From: Cyanobacteriota bacterium
GTDB taxonomy: Bacteria > Cyanobacteriota > Cyanobacteriia > Thermostichales > Thermostichaceae
Assembly: GCA_033764955.1 (NCBI GenBank)
Contig: JANRIL010000048.1
Coordinates: 64,001 to 128,000, forward strand
Reading direction: 5' to 3'
DNA: 64,000 nt
Shown: positions 30,226-41,423 of the stretch, piece after piece
Layout of the letters: the number at the start of each line of letters is the position of its first letter
Position numbering within the stretch: position 1 is the first letter of the stretch
Notes under the pieces: generated by a model
Databases searched by the model: none
The model's input: only the letters and a program-made list of their open reading frames with translations
What the model was told of the DNA's origin: nothing
Made by a program: the position numbers and the translations under genes

Positions 30226-31398
30226 TTAGCGTAGATAAACCGCCGCCCCCAACCCCACCAACATTTCTTCGGGCGTGATTTTGCCATCTTTGTTGACATC
30301 AAGGGCATCAAACACCAGATCCACCCCCATCCATTCCTCGCGGGTGATAAAGCCGTCGCCATCCAGGTCATAGACCCGAAAGACATCTTGAGCGGCATGG
30401 GTGATCAGATCGGATCCCTCCAGTTTGGCAAGGCGAGCCTCCAGCAAACTCTCTAAAGCCACCAATGCTTTAGAAAAGCCGTTGATCCCCTCCTCTAGCT
30501 TGTCGCTGGCCATCCGATCCTCAGCGTGCATCCGATCAAAGGTGGCCTTGTCCATGAGCAGTTTCTCCATCTCCATCGCTTGGGCTTTGCTGGGATCCAA
30601 TCGGCGAGGCAGATCTCCAGTGGCTTGTTGTAGCTCATTCAGTAGCGCAGGTGAGATGGTCAGCAGATCACAGCCCGCCAACTCGGTAATTTCGCCCATA
30701 TTGCGGAAGCTTGCCCCCATCACCTCGGTTTTGAAGCCAAATTTGCGGAAGTAGTTATAAATGCGCGTCACCGACAGTACCCCCGGATCTTCATGAGGAG
30801 GATAGCTATCCCGACCCGTCTCTTTTTTATACCAATCCAAAATTCTGCCCACAAAGGGGGAAATCAGCGTCACCCCTGCTTCGGCGCAGGCAATCGCTTG
30901 GTGCAGTCCAAACAGGAGGGTGAGATTGCAGTGGATCCCCTCTTTCTCTAGGATCTCAGCGGCACGGATCCCTTCCCAGGTAGAGGCGATTTTGATCAAG
31001 ACGCGGTTGGGATCCGCTCCAGCCGCCTTGTATTGCTCAATCAGATAGTGGGCTTTGGCAACAGTAGCCTCAGTGTCGTAGGAAAGTCGGGCATCCACTT
31101 CGGTGGAAACACGCCCCGGCACAATATCCAAAATGCGTAGTCCAAAAGCAACCGCCAGTTGATCAATTGCCCGTGAAACCACCTCCTTGCGCTCCGCCAA
31201 GGATCCCACTTCCTGTCTGGATTGCCGTAGGGTTTGATCGACAATCTCTTGGTATTGCTCCATTTGGGCGGCTGCCGTAATCAAGGAGGGATTGGTGGTG
31301 GCATCCCGTGGCTTGAAGGTTTCGATAGCCTTGATGTCTCCCGTATCAGCCACCACGACGGTCATCTCACGCAGTTGGTCGAGCAGGCTTTTGGTCAT
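30226..31398 (-). CDS. tal: transaldolase with C-terminal EF-hand pair
   Basis: [47 protein letters not shown] and [14 protein letters not shown]-hands. Confidence 0.97.
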   Translation of the reverse strand: MTKSLLDQLREMTVVVADTGDIKAIETFKPRDATTNPSLITAAAQMEQYQEIVDQTLRQSRQEVGSLAERKEVVSRAIDQLAVAFGLRILDIVPGRVSTEVDARLSYDTEATVAKAHYLIEQYKAAGADPNRVLIKIASTWEGIRAAEILEKEGIHCNLTLLFGLHQAIACAEAGVTLISPFVGRILDWYKKETGRDSYPPHEDPGVLSVTRIYNYFRKFGFKTEVMGASFRNMGEITELAGCDLLTISPALLNELQQATGDLPRRLDPSKAQAMEMEKLLMDKATFDRMHAEDRMASDKLEEGINGFSKALVALESLLEARLAKLEGSDLITHAAQDVFRVYDLDGDGFITREEWMGVDLVFDALDVNKDGKITPEEMLVGLGAAVYLR

Positions 31399-32017
31399 AT
31401 CCGGCGCTCCTTCAGAAATCCGCTTCCTCCCTACTTTGCCGTAACTCAGCTTGGGAAGGGCAAGATCAGTTATTTGTCTTAAGGTCTAGGTTTTTAAGTC
31501 AGCGCAAGGCAAGCAGCCTCTCTCGAACCCAGGAGATTTTTTACAAATCCCTCAGAAAATACTGGCAACTTCCTCAGAAAATATCCAGAAAATAGTGGCA
31601 GGGTCAGTCCCCCGCCCATTGGGGATCCCTACCCCCTGACCCTGAAGACAACCCAAAAGAGAGATCCATTTCTCGATAAAAGTGCTATTGTGTGATTCTA
31701 GACACAAATCTCGATACAAATCTTTATAGGGTCGAGCCGGATCCGACCACTCCCCTTCTGCCTGTTGGCAACTGAATTTTGCACTTTCTTCTAGCATTTT
31801 GTCCTCTATCGGTTTCATGGTAACTATGACTCTGATTGCTCTTTTTGTGTTTTTGCTGATTTTGGTCGTTGGCAATCTCCACGCCCAAATGGACTAGCCC
31901 CTTCTTTCTCTGGATCCCTGCTGAGGCTTTTGCTCCAATCTTGCTCTGAGATTGTTGCTGTTGATTAGGTTACTAATTCTCAACCAAGCATTCCTTCCAG
32001 CCCCTTACCATCCTGAA

Positions 32018-34723
32018 TCATCCCTGGGTGGATTGTAGTTGGGAAAGGGGGAAATGGCTCTGGACGTAAGCCTCAGCATCCGACAGAGAAGTCAGTTCGC
32101 CGTCGAGAGCTTTTTTTTGCACCGCATTGAGAATAGTCTCAAAATGACGGCCAGGGCGATATCCCATTTGCTGAAGGTGATGACCATTCAAGAGGGGTTT
32201 GCGCCGCCGCCAATCCTGCAAATAGCTCCATAGCAAGCGACGAGTTGGGGTTTGCCCGTTTACGGCTAGGAAAAGAACCTCCTCTAGGGATAGTCCATTC
32301 AGATAGGCGGTGATTTGGCTAATAGGCGTGGTGGAAGTCAACATTTCTAAAGCCGTTTTTCGTAACTCAGGCAAACGGGCTAATCGTTCAATGCTGGAGT
32401 AAGGCAAATGGAGGCGGCTGGCAATCTCAGAGGCTGTTGGCAGGGCACTCAGCCATTGCTCCAGGCGGAGCTGCCAAATCTCCTGTCGCCCCAATTCGGG
32501 ATAATGGCGGGCAAAATGATAGACCCAATAGCCAATTCGTTTAACCTGCTTGGCGGTCTCTGGCGACCAACCCAGATCGGGATGAATACAGCGGAGCGCC
32601 GACCATGCCGCCAATTGTTCGAGAGCTAACGGCCAGTGGGTTGATCTCAAAATATAGGCCAGCTCTTGTTTGAGGCGATCTCCACCCACCGCATCATGCA
32701 GGCCGCTAGTGATGGCCAGTTGAAGGTAGCCGACGGTTTGCGGCTCCACCCGAAAGCCCAAGCGAGTGGCAAAGCGAACCGCTCGATAGATGCGGGTGGG
32801 ATCCTCCACGAAACTGTTGGCATGGAGCACCCGAATCACCCCCTGCTGCAAATCTTCTAAACCCCCAAAAAAATCCAGCAGTTGACCTTGCCGCTCTCCA
32901 TTCAGTTGCAGAGCCAGGGCATTGATGCTGAAATCGCGGCGGTAGAGATCCTGCTGAATGGATCCCATCGTCACTTCGGGCGGGGAGGCGGGATAGGGGT
33001 AAAATTCGGTGCGGGCACTGGCAATATCCATTTCGATGCCCGTCGGCCAAAGCAAGGTTGTGGTTTGAAATTTGCCATAGATGTGCAGCTTGGTTTCTGG
33101 AAAATGCTGGTGTAGCGCCTTTCCCAACTTGACCCCCCAGCCCTGGAGTTGGGCTTCCCCTGGTAGTAGCGGGTAGGGGCCATCCACCACCAGATCTAAG
33201 TCATCCGTGGAGCGATTCAGCAGCAAATCCCGCACTGCCCCCCCCACCAGATAAAGATGGATCCCCATTTGATCGGCAATTTGGGTGGCTTGCTCCACTA
33301 TTTTTTGGTGCAGAGCAGACAGACGAGTTAGGGGAAGGGCAAGGGGACAGGTTTCGGAGGAGGTGGCAGCGGTGGGGGAAAATCGTGGCGGCAGAGGGGA
33401 AGGAATGGCGTGCAGGTGGCGCAGCAGATCGGTACGGGTCACGATCCCCACCAGATGCCCATGAGCTATCACAGGCAGACGACCAATATCCCACTTGACC
33501 ATGAGGTTTTGGATCTCAGGCAGTGTGGTTTCCGGTTGAATGGTTTTGACCTGACTGGTCATATAGCCCTTGACTGGGGCATGACCAAAACCGTGGTGAA
33601 GGGCGATATCCAGATCGCGGCGGGAGATCACACCTACCCATTCGGCCTGCTCATTAACAACAACCAAACCCGAATGTCCGTAGCGCAACAAGACTCGTGC
33701 GGCCTCGGCCACAGTGGTTTCTGGGCGAATGGTTCGCACCGGAGCTGACATAAGATCTGCTGCCGTCAAGGGGCGTGGGATCCGCGACAGGATTGACTGC
33801 AAGAGGGTTTCCGCCCATTGGTGGGGATCCGGAAGGGCTGGGGGTGGCTTGAGGGTAGCGGCGGCAGCACGCGCATGACCCCCTCCCCCCCAAGGCTGCA
33901 TGAGGGTGTGGAGTTGAGCAAACTCATGGCGAGACCGCCCAATCAGACTACTGCGTTCTCCCTGCCGTGCCACCACGATCAGCACATCCAATTGCAGCAG
34001 ATCCAGCCAATGCATAACCAAACCCGCCAGCCCAGGGGTAAAGCTGGGCAAGTCGAGACCCCAACTAGCCAGCCGATACCCAGACCGCTCCTTGACCGGG
34101 ATCTTTTGCAGTCCTTGTGTCAACAAATCCTGTAAAAACGGCGATAAACCCTCCTCAAGATAATGTTCCAACGCCTCCATCGGGATCCCCTGCTGCATCA
34201 GCCACGCCAACGCCTGAGCATCCCGTGCGGTACTGGTTCCGAAGGTGAGGGATCCCGTATCAGCATGGATCCCCAAGGCCAAAGCCAAGACATGAACAGA
34301 ACTGACTCCTTGACCCCCTGCTTGCAGCTTTTCGGTGATCAGGGTGCAGGTGGATCCGACAGGCTCCAGACAAACCAGATGGGGAGGCTTGCCCAGCAGG
34401 GTAGAAAGATCCCGACCTTCTGGTAACGGATGATGATCGTAAAGATGGATCTCCACATCGGGACGGGCTAACCAAGCGGCTGCCTTGCCCAGCCGCAGGG
34501 GATCATGACAATCCACCAGGATGAGGCGACGAATCAAGTTGGGATCCACTGCCCGCCACTCCAGTAGGGGATAAGCATCGCGGTGGATGGCCAAAAAATC
34601 GCTGACCGAACCGTGGGATCCACCGCTCAAGACGATCCGCGATCCGGGGTAGAGGAGAGAGGCTCCCACCGCCGCTCCGAGGGTATCGAAATCCGCCGCT
34701 AGGTGACAGAGAATAATGTCCAT
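32018..34723 (-). CDS. tRNA nucleotidyltransferase (DHH-CBS-PolyA_pol architecture, A-adding type)
   Basis: ADFD, DHH, GGGH, two CBS domains, VGGAVRD, DLDL, ARTE, DLYRRDFSINA, EDPTR. Confidence 0.92.
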   Translation of the reverse strand: MDIILCHLAADFDTLGAAVGASLLYPGSRIVLSGGSHGSVSDFLAIHRDAYPLLEWRAVDPNLIRRLILVDCHDPLRLGKAAAWLARPDVEIHLYDHHPLPEGRDLSTLLGKPPHLVCLEPVGSTCTLITEKLQAGGQGVSSVHVLALALGIHADTGSLTFGTSTARDAQALAWLMQQGIPMEALEHYLEEGLSPFLQDLLTQGLQKIPVKERSGYRLASWGLDLPSFTPGLAGLVMHWLDLLQLDVLIVVARQGERSSLIGRSRHEFAQLHTLMQPWGGGGHARAAAATLKPPPALPDPHQWAETLLQSILSRIPRPLTAADLMSAPVRTIRPETTVAEAARVLLRYGHSGLVVVNEQAEWVGVISRRDLDIALHHGFGHAPVKGYMTSQVKTIQPETTLPEIQNLMVKWDIGRLPVIAHGHLVGIVTRTDLLRHLHAIPSPLPPRFSPTAATSSETCPLALPLTRLSALHQKIVEQATQIADQMGIHLYLVGGAVRDLLLNRSTDDLDLVVDGPYPLLPGEAQLQGWGVKLGKALHQHFPETKLHIYGKFQTTTLLWPTGIEMDIASARTEFYPYPASPPEVTMGSIQQDLYRRDFSINALALQLNGERQGQLLDFFGGLEDLQQGVIRVLHANSFVEDPTRIYRAVRFATRLGFRVEPQTVGYLQLAITSGLHDAVGGDRLKQELAYILRSTHWPLALEQLAAWSALRCIHPDLGWSPETAKQVKRIGYWVYHFARHYPELGRQEIWQLRLEQWLSALPTASEIASRLHLPYSSIERLARLPELRKTALEMLTSTTPISQITAYLNGLSLEEVLFLAVNGQTPTRRLLWSYLQDWRRRKPLLNGHHLQQMGYRPGRHFETILNAVQKKALDGELTSLSDAEAYVQSHFPLSQLQSTQG

Positions 34724-35149
34724 AAATTGGGTGAGGCCGCTTTCCTAGCTATAACAGACATCCAGGGATCCTCATCCACATCTGCACCGCCGGATTGGGA
34801 TTCTTGGCGCCAAACCTAACCAAAAGCCGATCATCCAAGCCATCAGCGCTCCTCCTCTCAGAAAAGAGCCGCACTTGCACAACAAACTTTACAATCCTTC
34901 TGGAAACAAGATAATCTGAAGGGGTAGAGAGATAAAATAGCTTAACATTCTTAAACAACCGACGAAGCAGGATACCAGCCAGCTAAAACCCAGCCCAGCC
35001 AAAGCGCAAGATTTTTCATCAAAAATCTGAACACTTTCGAGGGTTTACTGACGGATCCCAGCGGGTCAAGTTAAGATCAAAATCCTAAAGTTACCGTTTG
35101 CAGCTTGCGGGTTCCAAGTTAGCTGAAACTGAAAAACGAGGCAGAAGGC

Positions 35150-35287
35150 ATGGATTGGGTAGATCAGGTTCTAGAAAAGATTCGGGAATGGGTCGAGCGG
35201 GTAATTGACAGCCTGCTTGGGGATCCCCAGCCTCAGCCTGTGCCTATCCCCATTCCAGTCCGTGACCACACCCATCCCAAGCGATAA
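35150..35287 (+). CDS. small 45-aa protein (not in the ORF track)
   Basis: MDWVDQVLEKIREWVERVIDSLLGDPQPQPVPIPIPVRDHTHPKR; purine-rich RBS; downstream hairpin. Confidence 0.75.
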   Translation: MDWVDQVLEKIREWVERVIDSLLGDPQPQPVPIPIPVRDHTHPKR

Positions 35288-35334
35288 GACTCTTCCACTT
35301 TGACCTTTCTGGGGCTTATTGTTTTTTTGACTGC

Positions 35335-35360
35335 CTGAGCGCATACTGCTCAGCTTTTAT
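35335..35360 (+). terminator. putative intrinsic terminator after the small ORF
   Basis: CTGAGC-gcatact-GCTCAG followed by CTTTTAT. Confidence 0.4.
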
Positions 35361-35399
35361 GGTTAATAGATACTTGTCTAGACAGGTAGACCAGACATT

Positions 35400-35867
35400 G
35401 TGGCTAGTTTACTCCCAGACGATCCGCTCCATATCTTGGTGCTGCATGGCCCCAACCTCAACCTCCTAGGGATCCGCGAGGTGGGGGTCTATGGGCGGTT
35501 TACCCTGGCAGACATCAATCAGGCTCTCTTAGAACTGGCCGAACCGTTGCAGGTCAGGCTTAAAATTCTCCAGTCTAACCACGAAGGAGCGTTGGTGGAC
35601 GCCATCCATCAAGCTCTCACCAGCCAGCAGGGAATTTTGATCAATCCGGCGGCTTATACCCACACCAGCGTAGCCCTGCGAGATGCGATTGCTGGGGTAG
35701 CACTACCAACGGTGGAGGTTCATATCAGCAATGTGTATCGCCGCGAATCCTTCCGTCACCACTCTTGGATTGCTCCGGTAGCGGTTGGGCAAATTAGTGG
35801 CTTTGGTCTAGCCAGCTATACCCTGGGATTGCGAGCTTTGGTGGAGTATTTGCGCCAACCCGCCTAA
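35400..35867 (+). CDS. aroQ: type II 3-dehydroquinate dehydratase
   Basis: [36 protein letters not shown]. Confidence 0.97.
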   Translation: MASLLPDDPLHILVLHGPNLNLLGIREVGVYGRFTLADINQALLELAEPLQVRLKILQSNHEGALVDAIHQALTSQQGILINPAAYTHTSVALRDAIAGVALPTVEVHISNVYRRESFRHHSWIAPVAVGQISGFGLASYTLGLRALVEYLRQPA

Positions 35868-35922
35868 ACAAGCCAAGGATTTTTTGCCATCCTGATAAAA
35901 ATGTTGCTGGCAAGATGTGCAT

Positions 35923-36228
35923 ATGCTGAGCCGATGGTTAGGGATCCTGCTGCTGGCGGGCGGAATGCCACTGGGATCCCCTGTGTGGGCGCAACCCCCC
36001 GCTTCCCCCCTTCCTGCTCAGCCGGAGTTGACCCCGGAGCAAGTGTTGCAGGCTTGTGCCACTGATCAAGCCGACCAACTGCCTAACCCGTTTAGCGATG
36101 TTTCTCCCCAAGATTGGGCTTATCAAGCCGTCCTAACCCTGTACTACTGTGGAGCGTACCGAGGGGCTATTCCCCCCGCCGACTATCAGCGCTTTTGGCA
36201 AGAAAAGTCTGCCGGATCCCCAGGCTAA
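35923..36228 (+). CDS. secreted S-layer homology domain protein
   Basis: signal peptide; FSDVSPQDWAYQAV..L SLH motif. Confidence 0.8.
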   Translation: MLSRWLGILLLAGGMPLGSPVWAQPPASPLPAQPELTPEQVLQACATDQADQLPNPFSDVSPQDWAYQAVLTLYYCGAYRGAIPPADYQRFWQEKSAGSPG

Positions 36229-36284
36229 GGTAGGATCTGCCCTAGCCACCCCTGCTGATCAGCAGGTTCCAGGAAAACCAAGCT

Positions 36285-36923
36285 ATGCCTGAACCACAGG
36301 ATCCGTTACCGGATCTATCACCCGACGGGGAACTCCTCATCCAGCTAGGGGATCCCGCGTTGGCCGATCCAGCCGATCACGAGGAGTCCGAACGGCTGGA
36401 AGCGGATCTAGAGGAAGATCTTACGGGAGATGTGGACGTAGCTGTGACAGATTTGGGGGGACGGCAACGACAGATTACAGCTTCCCTTCCCATTGCTTCC
36501 CCTCCTGAGTCAATTTGGCAAGTATTGACAGACTATGAATGTTTGGCCGAATTTATTCCCAATCTGGTAGAGAGTGCAGTCGTGGGGGAAGAAGACGGCT
36601 GTAAGTTGGTTAGACAGGTGGGTCAACAGAAAGTGATGTTTGCTAAATTTTCAGCAACAGTAGTTCTTAAGTTAGAAGAAAAATATCCCAGCCAAATTGC
36701 TTTTTCTCAACACAAAGGTGATTTCAAGATTTTTGCCGGAAGTTGGGATTTAATCCCTAGTAAAACTCTGGCTACTCCCCTGACAAAACTCTCTTACACC
36801 CTGAAAGTCTTGCCACCCCGTCATCTGCCTGTGAACTGGGTGGAGCGAAGACTACGTCGGGATCTGAGTGTAAATTTGCTTGCTATTCGTGAGCGGGTAG
36901 AAAATATTGTCAAACAACCCTAA
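36285..36923 (+). CDS. SRPBCC / polyketide cyclase family protein
   Basis: WQVLTDYE.LAEFIPNL, GDFKIFAGSW. Confidence 0.85.
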   Translation: MPEPQDPLPDLSPDGELLIQLGDPALADPADHEESERLEADLEEDLTGDVDVAVTDLGGRQRQITASLPIASPPESIWQVLTDYECLAEFIPNLVESAVVGEEDGCKLVRQVGQQKVMFAKFSATVVLKLEEKYPSQIAFSQHKGDFKIFAGSWDLIPSKTLATPLTKLSYTLKVLPPRHLPVNWVERRLRRDLSVNLLAIRERVENIVKQP

Positions 36924-36988
36924 AGAGCCAAACTCAAGCACAAGAAGAGCATCTACAGAATTATGGATACAGCCCTACCCTTGATTGG

Positions 36989-38038
36989 TTAAGTCTGGTT
37001 CGCAAAAACCTGATATTTCACCTGATCCACAGACAGTTGGACGCGGCTACCCACCGCTAGCGATCGACAGGAGCGAACATGTAACTCTCGACCTGTCCCG
37101 GTAGCCAAACAATAGGCATATTCTCGGCCTAAAAATTGCCGATCTCGGATCACTACCCGCCCATCGGGATCCGGCTGAAGGAGCAGATCTTCCTGGCGAA
37201 TCATCACTTCCCCCGACAAAACCGTGGCTTCCCCTTGAGCCGGAAAATTTCCCACCTCCGTCTGCCAATGGGATCCCTGCCAGGTAGCGGGCAAAAAATT
37301 GGCTTGTGTGACAAACTCGGCCACAAAGCGGCTAGTGGGTTGCCAATAAATATTCTCAGGAGAATCCAACTGCTCGATCCGTCCGTCACTCATCACGGCT
37401 ACCCAGTCCGAGATCGCCAGTGCCTCTTCTTGATCGTGGGTCACAAAAATTCCTGAGGTTCCGGTTTGTTTTAATACCTTGCGAATCTCTTCCCGTAGAT
37501 AAAGCCGCACCTGCACATCCAAATTACTAAGAGGTTCATCTAGCAAAATAACCGCCGGATGGGGAGCGAGGGCGCGGGCTAAGGCTACCCGTTGCTGTTG
37601 TCCACCGGAAAGCTCATGGGGATAGCGCTTATCCAACCCCTGCAAAGCCACCAATTCCAGGACTTCGTGAATCCGTTTTTGCCGCCTCTTGGTCTCTGTT
37701 TGGCGAGTAGTAAGGCCAAAGCCAACATTTTCGGCTACCGTGAGATGCGGAAATAGGGCAAAATCTTGAAACACCAGCCCCACATCGCGGCGTTCCGGCG
37801 GGATCCAGATACCCACTCCCGCCACCTGCTGATCTCCCAAACAGATTCTGCCGGTTTGCGGCTGTTCAAAGCCAGCAATCAGTCGCAACAGTGTCGTCTT
37901 GCCACAGCCAGATGGCCCTAGCAAACCCAATAGATCTCCTTTAGGCAGTTGAAAAGAAACATCAGCAACAGCAGGCTTACCTTGGGACGAAAACCACTTA
38001 CTCACGCCAGCTAGTTCAACAACAGCCCCCTGCAACAT
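36989..38038 (-). CDS. futC: Fe3+ ABC transporter ATP-binding protein (FutC-like)
   Basis: GPSGCGKTT, PPERR.VG.VFQDFALFPHL, LSGGQQQR, C-terminal TOBE-like domain. Confidence 0.75.
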   Translation of the reverse strand: MLQGAVVELAGVSKWFSSQGKPAVADVSFQLPKGDLLGLLGPSGCGKTTLLRLIAGFEQPQTGRICLGDQQVAGVGIWIPPERRDVGLVFQDFALFPHLTVAENVGFGLTTRQTETKRRQKRIHEVLELVALQGLDKRYPHELSGGQQQRVALARALAPHPAVILLDEPLSNLDVQVRLYLREEIRKVLKQTGTSGIFVTHDQEEALAISDWVAVMSDGRIEQLDSPENIYWQPTSRFVAEFVTQANFLPATWQGSHWQTEVGNFPAQGEATVLSGEVMIRQEDLLLQPDPDGRVVIRDRQFLGREYAYCLATGTGRELHVRSCRSLAVGSRVQLSVDQVKYQVFANQT

Positions 38039-38059
38039 GCCTCTGCTCAAGTCCTTTTC

Positions 38060-38078
38060 CTAAGACTAATTTGCAACT
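38060..38078 (-). promoter_or_regulatory. possible Fur box upstream of futC
   Basis: minus strand TTGCAAAT-T-AGTCTTAG resembles a TTGAGAAT-N-ATTCTCAA Fur-type palindrome; context fits. Confidence 0.35.
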
Positions 38079-38207
38079 ATAGGCTCACTATAGCAACCGA
38101 AGCGGATCCCTGAAAAGCCGCGATTAGGTGTTCTAGGCTACCCAACGATCTCGATGGATGGTGCTTGCCTAGCAGGAGTTGGCTGCCGACGGTTGTTGGC
38201 CTGATAA

Positions 38208-39254
<1,047 letters not shown>

Positions 39255-39295
39255 CCTTTTGTAGTGCCTCCCCCAGAAAAACCCCAGAAAAAACA

Positions 39296-39325
39296 GGGAT
39301 CCCTCCGAGGATGGATAGGGATCCC
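39296..39325. terminator. hairpin between convergent genes, built from two GGGATCCC octamers
   Basis: GGGATCCCT...AGGGATCCC inverted repeat between hemB and the repeat-protein gene. Confidence 0.35.
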
Positions 39326-39379
39326 ATTGTGGATGATTGTCGTGGATGACTAAGTAACTAACCTCTCAACCAAACGTGG

Positions 39380-39835
39380 TTAAGAAAACTTAATGGGGCT
39401 AACTTCCACGGGGCGATTATCCAAAATAGAATGGGCAATTTTCCAAGTGGTAGCTTCCACTGGACGGTTTTGGAAGGTACTGGCAATCTTAAAGGGATTG
39501 GCTCCCACCGGACGATTCTCATTCATGCTGGCTATTTTGAAAACTCCAGCGGTGATGGGACGGTTATCGGAGGTAATCTCAACAATCTTTAGGATACCTG
39601 CCCCAATTGGACGATCCCCCATCATGGCCACGACTTTGAAGCTCCCTGTGGCTAGCGGACGCTCCCCAAAACTAGCCGAAGGAGTTGGGCTGACGGCTGT
39701 TCCCTGGGATCCACTCCCTGAGGGAGTCTCGGCTGGGGTTGGCATTAGATTTAGACCACTATGGCTGATTGGCTTATCGGTGGCATTCTCCTCAACTTTT
39801 GATTGACCATTAGTACTGGTACGGCTAGCAGGCAT
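39380..39835 (-). CDS. hypothetical protein with six tandem RP-motif repeats
   Basis: (E/D/N)RP(L/I/V)x4(F/L/W/I)K units of 16-17 aa; start MPASR. Confidence 0.8.
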   Translation of the reverse strand: MPASRTSTNGQSKVEENATDKPISHSGLNLMPTPAETPSGSGSQGTAVSPTPSASFGERPLATGSFKVVAMMGDRPIGAGILKIVEITSDNRPITAGVFKIASMNENRPVGANPFKIASTFQNRPVEATTWKIAHSILDNRPVEVSPIKFS

Positions 39836-40011
39836 AAGGGATCCTTCCGACAAGAAGCGGCTTCTGAACAAATCTTTAATTATAATTATAAATCCTGATC
39901 TATCAAAAACACGGATGTAAACAAAAAGCCACGAGGTGACCGGGATTAAAGGGTTGGATGGCTCAAGTTGAGCGGGAATAGGGGAAAGATTGGAACGGGT
40001 CTGTCATATCT

Positions 40012-40440
40012 CTATCCTAGCGCTTTTAGAAAAGTTTCCATCTGATCGGGGAGGAGATGCTGCCAGGGGGAAGGGTCAGTCAAGTTGTAGACCCAAAACT
40101 CCCGACAATCTTCCCGAAACAAAACAATAAAGGCGTTTACTCCTAAGGCTGCCGCCACCTGACGAGCTGCTTTTGCCTGGAGATCTCGACTTTCAAAACG
40201 GTCAATGATAGCAGCCAAATAAGCTGGGGTAACGAGTTTATCATGATCTACCCGCGTTACTTCCATGACCCCAACTGGAATCAATTCACCCTCTCGATAA
40301 CGCCACTCAATAAAATCAACATCGATCATTAACAACTTGCGATCGAGGGTGCGATGCCAATCGGAATAAGGTTTAACTCTCCATTCACTATCATGTCGTT
40401 GATAGGCTTTGGCTCCACTTTCGGTTTGAGATTTGTTCAT
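40012..40440 (-). CDS. hypothetical protein, possible PD-(D/E)XK-like fold
   Basis: YSDWHRTL..MIDVDFIEWR..VGVMEVT..Q..A pattern. Confidence 0.75.
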   Translation of the reverse strand: MNKSQTESGAKAYQRHDSEWRVKPYSDWHRTLDRKLLMIDVDFIEWRYREGELIPVGVMEVTRVDHDKLVTPAYLAAIIDRFESRDLQAKAARQVAAALGVNAFIVLFREDCREFWVYNLTDPSPWQHLLPDQMETFLKALG

Positions 40441-40561
40441 CCTGCTTGGGGAGAAATCTTTACTTCGTTATCCCATTCTTTATCGTAATCGATTCTTGAG
40501 CCTAGTAGATTATTGATTCTAAATGGCATGGATCCCCACACTAAACATTAGCAGGAGTCAT

Positions 40562-41332
40562 TTATCTCGCCCAGTGAATGATATAGCGCTCTAGTGTAGC
40601 AAAAAAACTATAGAGAATAACCCCCATTGCAGAAAGAACCAGCAGTCCAGAGAATGCTAAAGCTACTTCAAACTGAGAACTAGCAGTCAGAATAACAAAC
40701 CCTAATCCGCCGTTAGAAGCAACGGTTTCCGAAATCACAGATCCAATAAAAGCAGATGAAATAGCAATTTTTAATGAGGCAAATAGATAGGGCATTGAGT
40801 GCGGCAATCCGACTTTGACAAAAATTTCCCAGGGAGAGGCTCCCAGTGACTTTAAGACATCTCGCATTTCTGGTTCAACCGTGTCTAATCCCACCGCAAC
40901 ATTGACCGCAATTGGGAAGAAGGCCAACAAAAAAGCGGTGAGAATGGCTGGAACAGCCCCTACCCCAAACCAAAGCGCCATCAACGGCACGAGAGCCACT
41001 TTGGGAATCGTATTAAAACCCACCAATAGAGGGTAAAGGATAGCATAGGCAATTTTTGAGAAGCCAATCCAAAATCCAAGCAGCAATCCCAGAGCCAAAG
41101 CTAAAACAAAACCAACTACCGTTGTCATAAGGGTTTGCAAGGCATGTTTGATTAAGATTTGACCGGAGGAAAACAAAGCCACTATCACCGCCGAGGGAGC
41201 AGGCAAAATAAAGTTAGGAATGGAAAATAATCGAACAATAATTTCCCACAAAATAAATAGAATCAAGGTAGTGATTGTCGGCAAAATGATAGCCGATTGC
41301 TTAGATTGCATCCATTTTTTAAGGGAACTCAT
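40562..41332 (-). CDS. NitT/TauT-family ABC transporter permease
   Basis: LPAPS, PKVALVPL, FFPI, SLGAS EAA loop; start MSSLKK. Confidence 0.9.
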   Translation of the reverse strand: MSSLKKWMQSKQSAIILPTITTLILFILWEIIVRLFSIPNFILPAPSAVIVALFSSGQILIKHALQTLMTTVVGFVLALALGLLLGFWIGFSKIAYAILYPLLVGFNTIPKVALVPLMALWFGVGAVPAILTAFLLAFFPIAVNVAVGLDTVEPEMRDVLKSLGASPWEIFVKVGLPHSMPYLFASLKIAISSAFIGSVISETVASNGGLGFVILTASSQFEVALAFSGLLVLSAMGVILYSFFATLERYIIHWAR

Positions 41333-41423
41333 AGCCAGTTTTTCCTGAAAGTTATGAGGGTGACCTACACAAATTAAATTATAGATATTAACCCAAGAGA
41401 AAGACAAAAAATAATGGGTACAG

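Noticed and set aside
30226..30400. EF-hands on transaldolase as a novelty
   Set aside because: A known architecture in cyanobacterial transaldolases
31552..31875. 107-aa ORF between tal and the tRNA nucleotidyltransferase gene
   Set aside because: TTG start, no recognisable motif; cannot be supported, though not excluded
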